Source of the DNA: Octopus bimaculoides
Lineage: Eukaryota
DNA length: 33,461 nt
Direction: 5' to 3'
NCBI RefSeq assembly: GCF_001194135.2
Contig: NC_069002.1
Span: 10,736,457-10,769,917 of the forward strand
The notes below the pieces were generated by a model that did not search any database, had not been told where the DNA came from, and saw only the letters and a list, made by a program, of their open reading frames with translations. The stretch's first letter is position 1. Each line of letters begins with the position of its first letter. Positions 13,103 to 23,490 of the stretch are shown in pieces. A program made the position numbers and the translations under genes.

Positions 13103-13172
13103 CAATGATAATAATAATGATAACAATAATTATAACAATAATATCAATAACAATAATGATGATAATAATATC

Positions 13173-13207
<35 letters not shown>

Positions 13208-13245
13208 TAATAATAATAATAATAAGCAGAATAACAATAATAGCT
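13003..13245. repeat. (AAT/AAC)n block
   Basis: Directly visible. Confidence 0.95.
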
Positions 13246-13342
13246 ACATTACTACTCATTGATTTTTATATGTGGTTTGGTATTTTTGCTGTTGTATTTT
13301 ATTTCTTTTGAATTTTTGTGGTTTCTTTTTCCCATGTTGCTA

Positions 13343-14310
13343 AAATGTAATATGTAAATCTAAAGTGTGGAGTGTCGTAATATAACATGTAATGTGTAAA
13401 GTAGGTGGTAAATGTCAAATTTATTAAAGTGTGAAATGTAAAATGTAACAGTGATTTTTGGGAGAAATGTTGAATATAAAATATTAAAAAAAAAAAAATG
13501 TAACCTGTATCATGTAAAGTGAGTGTTATATGTTATATTGACAAGTGGAGCATGAAATGTAAACTGTATTGGATGAAATATGAAATGTTGACTGCAAATT
13601 GTGAAATGTCAAATTTCATTTATGAAGTCTGAAAATGTAACTTGTTATGTGTAAAGTAGGTGTTAAATATCATATTTAAAGGATGAAATATGAACTGAGT
13701 AATGTGAAATGTAACATGTAATGGGTTTAGAGATGGTGAATGTAAAAGGTAAATGAATGAATTGTAAAAATATAATCTGTTCTATGTAAAGTGGGTGTCA
13801 AATGTTGTGTGAAGTGTGAAATCTGATTTTAATCGATAAAAAAAAATATTGACTGCAAATTGTTAAATGTCAAATTTCATGTATGAATTATCAAAATGTA
13901 ACTTGTAATGTGTAAAGTAGGTGTTATATGTCATATTTGAAGTGTGAAATGTGTAATGTGAAATGCAACATGTAATGGTGGAGGAATGTTAAGTTTAAAA
14001 AGTAAATAAATAAAATGTAAAAAATATAAGTTGTATTATGTAATGTGGGTGGTAAATGTTATATAAATATGTAATGTGTGACACGTAACCTATATTATGT
14101 AAAGTTGACGTGAAATGTATGAAGATGTGACGTGTGAAATGTGGCCTGTATTATATTAAATTATATATTAGGATGTGAAGTGTGAAAAGTAACTACATCA
14201 TGAAAAGTGGGTGTGAAATGTAATAATTAAAATGTGAAATGTTAACTGTAAATTGTAAAATGTCAAATTTCATGTATGAATTGTGAGAATGTAACTTGTA
14301 ATACAATTGT
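13343..14310. repeat. Degenerate C-poor (on + strand) satellite built from TGAAATGT/AATGTAA motifs, with a higher-order unit
   Basis: The block tt(g/a)actg(c/t)aaattgt.aaatgtcaaatttcat.tatgaa...aatgtaacttgt recurs at 13588, 13849 and 14242. Confidence 0.8.
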
Positions 14311-14642
14311 GTGTTGTTACATTTAACATGTTCATATATTTGAACGAGGAAAGATAGTTTGCTGCACAACATGTCTCAAGTGAAGGAATTCTCTTTAACA
14401 CTGCTTTGTGCATCTTTAATTAATGTATTCCATCTTGACAATGCCATAATTCATGGCTTAGTGGTCTGTTTACTCCTTCATTGTCTAGAACAAGAATCTC
14501 TTCTCCCAAGACAACTTACGCAGCTTATTTTCTTATGGTATCAGAACGTACACAAGTATTTTAAATATAACTGACATCACCGTATTGCACACTTTTATAC
14601 ACATCATGTATTGCACATTTTTATAGTGTGATAATGACACTA

Positions 14643-14973
14643 ATGTGGAGGCGCAATGGCCCAGTGGTTAGGGCAGCGGACTCGCGGTCATAGGATCACA
14701 GTTTCGATTCCCAGACCGGGCATTGTGAGTGTTTATTGAGCGAAAACACCTAAAGCTCGACAAGGCTCCAGCAGGGGATGGCGGCGAACCCTGCTGTACT
14801 CTTCCACCACAACTTTTTCTCACTCTTACTTCCTGTTTCTGTTGTGCCTGTAATTCAAAGGGCCNNNNNNNNNNCTCTTACTTCCTGTTTCTGTTGTGCC
14901 TGTAATTCAAAGGGCCAGCCTTGTCACACTGTGTCACGCTGAATATCCCCGAGAACTATGTTAAGGGTACACG
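14643..14973 (+). mobile_element. SINE family B, 3'-truncated
   Basis: Matches the 23491-23870 copy up to AAGGGTACACGTG. Confidence 0.9.
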
Positions 14974-15199
14974 TGCATACCAGCCTCGCCTCTCCACGTC
15001 ACTGGTGTTATCCAAGGGAAAGACAAAGACTGATACAGCTTGACACCAGTGATGTCACAACTCATTTCTACAACTGAGTGAACTGGAGAAATGTGAAATA
15101 AAGTGTCTTGCTCAAGAACACAACACACGGCCTGGTCCAGGAATCAAACTCAGTCTCATGATTGTGAGCCTGATACTCTAACCATTGAGCCATGCACCT
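14974..15199 (-). mobile_element. SINE family F 5' part (tRNA head, CORE-like ttgagcaagacact)
   Basis: Reverse complement: aggtgcatggctcaatggttagag...gagtttgattcc...tgttcttgagcaagacactttatttcac. An overlapping but more 3' part of the same family lies at 2632-2788(-) (shared ttatccaaggga.ag.caaag). Confidence 0.7.
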
Positions 15200-15636
15200 G
15201 GTGGAATTATGAGGGGATAATTCACTATGAACTATTGATATCAGCCTGTACTCTGATCAGGTAGATTGGGTGTATGGCATTGTGTGACAAAAAATCCTTG
15301 CCATTGGTTAACAGAAAGCAATTGCTTCTGCAGCAAGAGAACACAGGACTTCATGTCATTCAAATGACCTGGAATAAACTCCAGGAACTTGAGAGAATCA
15401 GACTGATGTCACACCCAGCATATAGTCTGGACTTAACTCCTTCAGATTATTACGTGTTCCTATCCACAGCTCATTTGCTGCACTTGTAATGCTTTATAAA
15501 CCAAGAGGAGGTGGAAACTTCAGTGAAGGAGTTCTTCCCCTCAAAGGACAAGAAGTGGAATGGGCATGAGATCAAAGAACTAGCAGAAAGGCTGCTTCAG
15601 ACAAAGCAACAAGATGGTTTCTACTTTGAATGCTAA
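15199..15636 (+). pseudogene. Mariner (Tc1/mariner) transposase C-terminal remnant
   Basis: WWNYEGIIHYELL, LVNRKQLLLQQEN (DN mutated to EN), HPAYSLDLTPSDY (cf. HPPYSPDLAPSDY), EFFPSKD...IKELAERL...DGFYFE; frameshift/deletion and an internal stop at 15487. Confidence 0.9.
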
Positions 15637-15668
15637 GGCTGCCCTTGTTGAGAGATGGAGAGGGAGAG

Positions 15669-16794
15669 GGAGAAAGAGAGAGTAAAGCATTGTTAATGCA
15701 CCACTCATTAGAAAATGATGGTTAATTATAGTATGAGTGTTGATGATGACGGTGGTGGTGGACAAAGTATTGATGTTGGTGGAGGTGGTGGTGGTGGCAG
15801 TGGCAGTAAATATTTGCTACTACCACCAAGATCTGCACCCGCGGTCGGCTTCATCCGGGCTCGTGCCAGCGACTTCCATGCACGTCGCAGCGACTTCCAT
15901 GCACGTCGCAGCGCCCTCCTACTCGATCGGGCATTGGAAAGTCGCCTCGCCGGTGATCGCGCAACCTGTCGCCCGGCCGGTCCGGCATCAGTCACTCGCT
16001 CCAGCGTCATCCATTTTCGGGGGCCGAATAAATTTTTGGCGAATAAAAAAAATAAGATACCAAAATATTGTGAAAATTTTGTCCCAACAGAATACAAATG
16101 TCATGCAATTGTCCTCTCACTCTGAAATGCCTACTAAGGTTATACAACCTTAATTTTTTTCCCCATTGTCAGACTCCACCACTACCACCACTACCACCAC
16201 CATTACCAAAAACAACATCAACAAGGGAATTTCTATGTGGTCACTTGCATTGCTAGAAATAACAGTTGAATCGTCTTTAAATCATGTCCCACGATCTTAG
16301 AAAAGACGAGAGATAAAGTGGTTCTGGGGTTTCTTGTTCATCACAAAAAAAGACAGGATGGTCACTTATTGAATGTTTTTGATCATAGCCTGTGGTTAAA
16401 TAATAGTAACAAAAAAGGAAAAGCAAAAAAAAAAGTCTCAACATTTATTTTAACATCAATGCCGCCAAAACGCTAACACCATCACCACCACCACCACCAC
16501 CACTAAAACCACNNNNNNNNNNACATCAATGCCGCCAAAACTCTAACACCATCACCACCACCACCACCACCACTAAAACCACCACCTCCACCATCCCCTT
16601 CAACACCACCACTAAAACCACCACCTCCACCATCCCCTCCAACACCACCAACATCAACATTATCGCTGCCGCCGCCATCACCATCATCATCAACATTATC
16701 GCTGCTACCACCGTTATCATCAACACTCATACTATATTTAACCATCATTTTCTAATGAGTGGTGCATTAACGATGCTTTACTCTCTCTTTCTCC
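15669..16794. repeat. 88-bp inverted repeat pair (15669-15756 / 16707-16794) enclosing the 28S fragment
   Basis: Manual alignment of the left arm to the reverse complement of the right arm: 85/88 identical (ggagaaagagagagtaaagcat(t/c)gttaatgcaccactcattagaaaatgatggttaa(t/a)tatagtatgagtgttgatgat(g/a)acggtggt). Confidence 0.9.
15809..16025 (-). rRNA. 28S: Orphan 28S (LSU) rRNA fragment spanning the D6/ES15L region; dispersed pseudogenic copy
   Basis: The reverse complement contains conserved LSU motifs in the correct order: CCGAAAATGGATGACGCTGGAGCG, CGAGTAGGAGGGCGCTGCG, GGTGCAGATCTTGGTGGTAGTAGCAAATATT (cf. eukaryotic GAAAATGGATGGCGCT ... GTGCAGATCTTGGTGGTAGTAGCAAATATTC). GC/CpG-rich island in AT-rich DNA; no other rDNA nearby. 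Confidence 0.9.
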
Positions 16795-18277
16795 ATCTCT
16801 CTCCCTATCTTTCTCCCTCTCTCTCTCTTTCGTGCCATCATTCTTTCTTCATTCATTTCCCGCCACTTCTCCTCCTCATCTTCCCTCTTCTATTTTCCCT
16901 CCCCTCCTCCATCATTCTCACCCTCCTCCCTTCACTCCATAAAGCTCGTTATTTATAGGCAGTTTTTATTATTTAGTTTCTTCCGTATTTTATTATTGTT
17001 TTTTATATATATTCCTTCATTGCTTTTACTTCGTATTTATTTTCTTGTTTTTTTTTGTTTTTCTTGTTCTGTTGGCAGAGGTCATTGGAAAATGATTTAT
17101 AATTATTCTTGATATTTCTGCAGAATTACTTCAAGAGCACCACCACTCTCAGCCAAATCATCAGGATCAACATTTTTGGGGGGATTATGTGTTTTAGGTT
17201 ACTTTTTTTTTTACCGATTGCGTGGCATTTGATTTTCACGTGGCCCCTCCTTCACTCTTCTTGTCTCTCCCCTACTCTGTACATTCATACGTGTGCTTGT
17301 GTGTGTCTATGTATGTATGTACGTATGTGTGTGTATGTCTGTTTGTATGTATATGTGTGTGTGTGTATGTGTATATATGAGTGTGTATGTGTGATAAATG
17401 TGTATGTGGGTATGTATCAATATATATTTGTATATATGTGAACGTGTGTATATAAGGATGTGTACGTTTAAATGTGTGCATGTGTGTATTTTGTTTTGAA
17501 TCTATGTAACTGTGTGTATATGTGTGTATGCCTACATATATATATATACATACATATATATGTATATGCATATATATATATAGAGAGAGACATACATACA
17601 TATATATGTGTGTGTGCATATGCATGTGTTTATGCATGGGTATGTGTGTGTGCATANNNNNNNNNNTACATATATATATATACATACATATATATGTATA
17701 TACATATATATATATAGAGAGAGAGACATACATACATATATATGTGTGTGTGTGCATATGCATGTGTTTATGCATGGGTATGTGTGTGTGCATATATATA
17801 TGCATGTGTGTGTGTGCGTGTGTGTATGTACCTTCAGTGTTTTCCATACACGTATGTGGTTATGTGGATTTGAAGGTATGCAGATGTGTGAGTGTGTATA
17901 TTTTGGCCATTTCATACACTATATATTTATGTACAAGTATATATATGTATGCGTGCCAGTGAGTGCGAATACATATTTATGTGTATATAGATTGTGTGTA
18001 TATGTGTATAAATATGTTTGTACACATGAATGTATGTGGCTGCGTTTAAGTCTGTGTGTGTTTGGTCAAGTTATAAAGTGTATTTAGGTGTATGTATGTG
18101 TGCATGTGTATGTATGCATATGTGCGTTTGTATTTTTTTCTTTGTTTTATATTTTGGCCAATTTATAAAAATATTTCTTCTAGAGAATTTTTAGTCTGAT
18201 GTCATGAGAATGCAATCATAGCAACTCTTGAAGTAACCTCTACAGAATGGAACTGTCTGGAAATGAAGAAGTAGGGA

Positions 18278-18349
18278 AGAGAAAATAGAGAAAGAGAAGA
18301 GGGAGGGAGGGAAAGAGAAAATAGAGAAAGAGAAGAGGGAGGGAGGGAA
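18278..18349 (+). repeat. 36-bp purine-rich tandem duplication
   Basis: agagaaaatagagaaagagaagagggagggagggaa x2. Confidence 0.9.
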
Positions 18350-18612
18350 AATAAAAACCGAAATAAATATAGGAAAAACACAAAGTTGTTTTTAATGACG
18401 CGATAAATATAAATTGGTTGTTGGTCTACTCCAGCATGGCCTGACCCATTCCCAAAGAAAGTATCAACTTGTGGTTAAGAAGTTCATAGTTCTGGGTTCA
18501 ACCAGACAGTGTAGTAATATGAGCAAGTGTCATCTACTAAATTCTTAGACTAACTAGTGCCTTCTCTGTGAAACTGGTAAAGGGAAAATCATCATGTGTG
18601 TGTGTGTGTGTG

Positions 18613-18660
18613 CAGGGCTGGATAAAGACCCATCGAGGCCCTACGCACTTAAAAAATTTT
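18613..18660 (+). mobile_element. Possible hAT-like terminal sequence (solo end)
   Basis: CAGGGCTGGATAAAGACC...GAGGCCCTACGCAC resembles CAGGGCCGG-type hAT/MITE ends; no matching second TIR was found. Confidence 0.3.
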
Positions 18661-20439
18661 GGTGCCCCCATAAAAGATTATGTAATTCAAAATATAAACA
18701 ATAACAAACCATAAAATAATTTTTTATTTTCCAAAACGAAACAAAACAGTAAGAGGGAAAATAATGTTTATTTTTGTCTACTTCTACTTTATTGATATTT
18801 GAAACCATAACAAACAGAAAATTCGTACTTAATCCCTCATCAGTCAACGTCCGAGAGATCATAACAATTTTGCATCGTTATCGCTGATATCGTTCACTCA
18901 GGTGGCACCAGTTGCAAAAAGCCACCGGGAATAGCTAACATACAGGACAACGACATATATATATGTATATACATTTTTGTGGACTCTCCTATTGTAGACA
19001 AGAGATGGGTGTTCTGAAATTTCTTGCTGAACAACCTGCTCAAGGCTTTGGTCCTCTAAAGTAGAAGACACCTGACCAAGGTGTTGTGCACCTTGGCCAC
19101 TTGGACAGAATCACACATGGTTGGGGAGCATACTTCTTACCATGCAGCAGCGCCCACATCTATCTATCTGTCTGTCTGTCTTCTGTCTGTCTGTCTGTAC
19201 ATGTGCATGCACACTCATTCACACAAATATACACTACCCATACGTTAGTAACGAACTAAAAGAATGAGAGATCATCATCTCGTTGGCCCATTGATTAATA
19301 AATAATTTCTTTAAATAGTAGAATACTGTCAATACAATACCAATGGTTTTATGCAATTTTTTCTGCAATCCTTCAATCATAGTTAGAATAGTAGTGGTAA
19401 TCATGCCACTATCATTGGATGAGAATACAACATGAGATTTCATAAGAGCACAGATGATACGAAACCAAGAGTCTAGATATATAAGTGAAATGAAGCAATC
19501 ATCCAAGGACTGTAATATTGATTGCTTCTCTTGAACTGTATAATAGCCGTAAATGGTGTGTTCAGGGAATACTCTTGTTTTGACAGAATTCTGGTTTGAT
19601 GATCGATAGCTAATAACGAAACGCGTAATTATACAACTGGTACATCGCCCGAGTTTTGGACTGAAATACATGTTCGTAGAGTATTGTGTTCGTAGATGGA
19701 AACATATACTGTTGTATTGGTAATACAATATATTGCAGCATCAGGGCTGAGATGAATTTATTAGTTCATGTGTGCACTCTTGCCAAAATGTGTATGAGCG
19801 TTGTATGTGAATATCTGTCTATCTGTCTCTCTCTATCTATCTGTCTGTCCGTCTGCCCATCCGTCCATCCACCCATCTATCTATCTTTATAATAAAAGTT
19901 TAGAAACTGGTCGCAGTATAATGAGTGAAACTAGTAAAAGATAAAAAAATTTAAAATGAATAATAAATTTGTTTCATTTAATCTATATTTCAGTCCATGT
20001 CTGGCTGCCAAGAAGTTTGGCTCTTTCTTCTGTGCTCATAAATTTCTTATTCCTGTAAGTTTCCTCTACTTCTTTTAGGCTACCATTTGACTTTGCATTG
20101 AACATTTCTGTCAAATTTAAACTGATTCCTCTGATTGTCTTAACCTGCTTGATCGAATTCAGAGTCAAGTTCTTCTTTCAACTGGTTTGGAGTCTTTCAC
20201 TCATCATCAAAATCTATCTTCCTTGTGTCTTTTCTGTAAGTATTTCCATGGGCATTGCTCTAATGAACTTTCCGGTCTGCTCCTTTTCCTGGACGCAGTA
20301 TTTCTATGTTGAGCTTCCTGTTAGCCACAAATCCTTGTATTCTAAAAGCTTCTTCAAAGTGCTGCTATCGGGAAATCACAACCATCATCTTGTATTTGAA
20401 TTCAGAATCAAGTTAAGATGGTGATTTCTCTTCTTTTTA

Positions 20440-20750
20440 CTGAGTTGGAGTCTTTGACTCATCATCGAAATATAACCTCGATGTGTCTTTTCTATAAGTA
20501 TTTCCATGGTCATTCCTCTGATGAACTTTACGATCTGATACCCTCTGCCAAGACATTTAATGTGTCAACCGCTTCTTTTCCCAGGCTTATTGTTTCCCCG
20601 TCAAGCTTCCGGTTAGTCATAAGTAATTTTTATTCTAGCAGCTTCTTTCCTCGAAACATTACTGTCTGGAAGTCACTTACCATTGTCTTGTTTTCCTCTG
20701 GTCTATGATATTCACTTCTTTAAGCTTTTTGCCACTTGATATAATTTGAA
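20440..20750 (+). pseudogene. 3' end of a CR1/Jockey-group non-LTR retrotransposon ORF2
   Basis: LESLTHHRNITSMCLFYKYFHGHSSDELYDLIP ... YSSSFFPRNITVWKSL resembles the post-RT LEPL..RR..ASL.LFY.Y..G.CS.EL ... SFFPRT...WNSLP tail of LINEs. Confidence 0.75.
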
Positions 20751-20976
20751 TCTATAGCCCCCCCTCCTTTCCTTTCTTTGTATTCCCTTAATCTAGGGTG
20801 GGGCCTTAAGGTTTGTTTGGAACAAAATCGTATAAAAAAGAAAATTATTATTAGAATTAACAACCAACAAAAATAATTGGTAAGCTAACTGAAAAAATCA
20901 TCACCAAAATAGCAGAAAAAAAGAAACGACAGTGAAGGTATGCAGACTCTTCAAGAATCGATCCTTTTGGTTATAT

Positions 20977-21069
20977 TAATAATAATAAAGGAGTTACGAT
21001 GCAAAAACGTATATAATTAATATATTTAATTATATACGTTTTTGCGTAGTAACTCTTTTATTATTATTA
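20977..21069. repeat. 93-bp near-perfect palindrome
   Basis: Arms 20978-21020 and 21026-21068 match at 40/43 positions (plus one flanking T-A pair); 5-nt TATAT centre. Confidence 0.9.
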
Positions 21070-21586
21070 CTAAAATTAACAGCTACAAAAATAGAAGGCA
21101 TAAATGAATTAGTTTTAAAGAATTTATAAAAAGGAATTTGACATGATGAAGGCAGATAAGAGATATAGCTAAGTGAGGAATTTGATGGTTAAAAGAATGG
21201 TTAAGTAAAAGGAAGACTGATTTCAGCTTTATGGATTTTATCAGAAACATTTTCTTGTAAAGAAATATAATCCCTAACTGTCTCCATTTGAATTAGCATT
21301 TTTTTTCTTATCCCAATGATGTTAAGAATTAGCAAAGAAAGAAGATACACAGGTTGAGCAAAAAAAGAACTAAAACACAGGGGTCAGGTTGTGATAAGAT
21401 ATTTGCAAGGTAATTAGAAGTGAGAAAATGTGTAAGTAATGGCATAAACAAGGTGTTTATATTAGCAGATTACAACCAGGGGAAGTGTTCAGGAAAGCAC
21501 ATAAATCATCTTAATTTAAATTTAAATGCGTACTTATCAAGCAAGATGTTTGTTACTCAATTATCTGGTCAGGCTGAGCTTAAAAC

Positions 21587-21615
21587 AGTAACCTGATGAA
21601 GAGCTATACTCGAAA
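21587..21615 (+). ncRNA. Hammerhead core-like motif, 3' side truncated by (TA)n
   Basis: CTGATGA-A-GAG-ctata-CTC-GAAA at 21593-21615. Confidence 0.4.
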
Positions 21616-21627
21616 TTATATATATAT

Positions 21628-21835
21628 ATCATCATCATCGTTTAACGTCCGCTTTCCATGTTAGCATGGGTTGGACGATTTGACTGAGGACTGGTGAAAC
21701 CAGATGGCTACACCAGGCTCCAATCTGATTTGGCAGAGTTTCTACAGCTGGATGCCCTTCCTAACGCCAACCACTCAGAGAGTGTAGTGGGTGCTTTTAC
21801 GTGCCACCCGCACAAAAGCCAGTCCTGGGGCACTA
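21628..21835 (-). mobile_element. SINE family D 3' part with (GAT)n tail
   Basis: Reverse complement ggttggcgttaggaagggcatccagctgtagaaactctgcc...ggaaagcggacgttaaacgatgatgatgat; the same sequence occurs in + orientation at 10061-10162. Confidence 0.8.
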
Positions 21836-22703
21836 GAGCCAATANNNNNNNNNNNNNNNNNNNNNNNNNNNNNNNNNNNNNNNNNNNNNNNNNNNNNNNN
21901 NNNNNNNNNNNNNNNNNNNNNNNNNNNNNNNNNNNNNNNNNNNNNNNNNNNNNNNNNNNNNNNNNNNNNNNNNNNNNNNNNNNNNNNNATACGACGGCCT
22001 TCTTTCAGTTTCCGCCTATGAAACCCACTCACAAGGCTTTGGTCGGCTTGAGGCTAGGGCAGAAGCCCTTTCCTTGTTGCCCAAAACCTTGTGACTGGGA
22101 AACAAGCATCATACCACACGCCCATGACCGTACCATAAATATTTAAAAGAACGAGTATTAATGGGCGATAACTACTACAAACTTTAGGTTGAGTTTATTG
22201 AAAATGTGTGCTTTTCCCACGAGTGCCTGTGTGCGTATGTACGTATGTGTGCATGTATGTGTGCATGTATGTGTGCATGTATGTGTGCGTGTGTGTTGAT
22301 GCAAATGGCTATAAATGGAAGAATTTATATCTACACAAATATGGAACAAGTAAACAAATAATGAAATATATAAATATAATTTCTATGTAAGACATTTAGT
22401 TGAGATGCCATGTACAGAGACATTAATGTATGTGTTAATAAAATAATTAGGAATGGATGGGTGTAAAATTATATATGCATAATTATCTATGCATAGAACG
22501 CCAGCTAAATGTGCCGATCGCTACTTTCTCTCGTTTGTTCGCTTATACACACATGCACGCATATACATACACTTACAAATACCTATAGCACATACACACA
22601 TGTGTGTGTATAAACTGTTATGTATGAATATTAAAAAGAGTAAGAGAAGATAAATAATAATGACTTTTGGATGATTTAATCAAAACTGTGTCTTTGTGTG
22701 TGA

Positions 22704-22856
<153 letters not shown>

Positions 22857-22961
22857 TGAAGCAGCAGGCTTCGATGATGCTGGTGTTGCTGTTCTGCGTC
22901 GGCAAGACATATTATTTCATAAAATCAATAAAATGAGTTTAGTGGACTTGATGTGAACTGT

Positions 22962-23006
22962 GGAAACATAACGTTTCGGACATAATCCTTCTTCAGAGGA
23001 AAAGTT
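22962..23006 (-). ncRNA. Hammerhead-ribozyme-like motif of the Penelope type (probably degenerate)
   Basis: Reverse complement: CTGAAGA-A-GGA-ttatg-TCC-GAAA-CGTT (core, 3-bp stem II, ACGT palindrome for stem III); stem I is not well paired. Confidence 0.5.
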
Positions 23007-23490
23007 CTTTTCAACTTACACGATATAAAACTCTGATGTCTCTCATTAATTTCTCGACTTTCAACTTTTCCCTCGAAGAAAGACTTTGTCCAAAACGTCA
23101 GATTTTCCATTCCTCACAGCATGTTCACTCATTTTTGTTTCTCAATTTCACACTGCTGTACACACACACACATTAGATATATACAGTTATGTCTATTTTG
23201 TGGAACACAGTTTTCAAATTCACACACATGTATATAGGATGTCATTAAATAGTTACGTTACAGTCATATGTTAAGACATATCTAGGAGAACGCAACGTTA
23301 CATAAGCAAACATGCTCATGTAAATATATACACATACATGAATTCAGTCGCACACACACGCAATTGCATACATACATATATACAGTGAATAAAAGGGAGA
23401 ATGTATGCAAAATTATAAAAAAAAACAAAAGAGCTGAGAACATATATAACACGGTGTACTAAAACCAAGTCAACCCTTACGTAAAGGAAT

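Noticed and set aside
14643-14720. tRNA-like sequences with A and B boxes (also 5229-5300 and 23795-23870)
   Set aside because: They are SINE heads continuing into repeated bodies; no complete cloverleaf or terminator.
15715-16153. Three overlapping 123-138 aa GC-rich ORFs
   Set aside because: Explained by (GGT)n plus the GC-rich 28S fragment, which is depleted of stop codons.
17041-17200. Strong pyrimidine tract + CAG at 17078 and a second CAG at 17123
   Set aside because: All three frames after 17078 stop within about 35 nt; after 17123 there is no convincing donor.
19983-20400. Purine-rich minus-strand reading frames next to the LINE tail
   Set aside because: Multiple stops and no motif I can assign; probably a decayed element.
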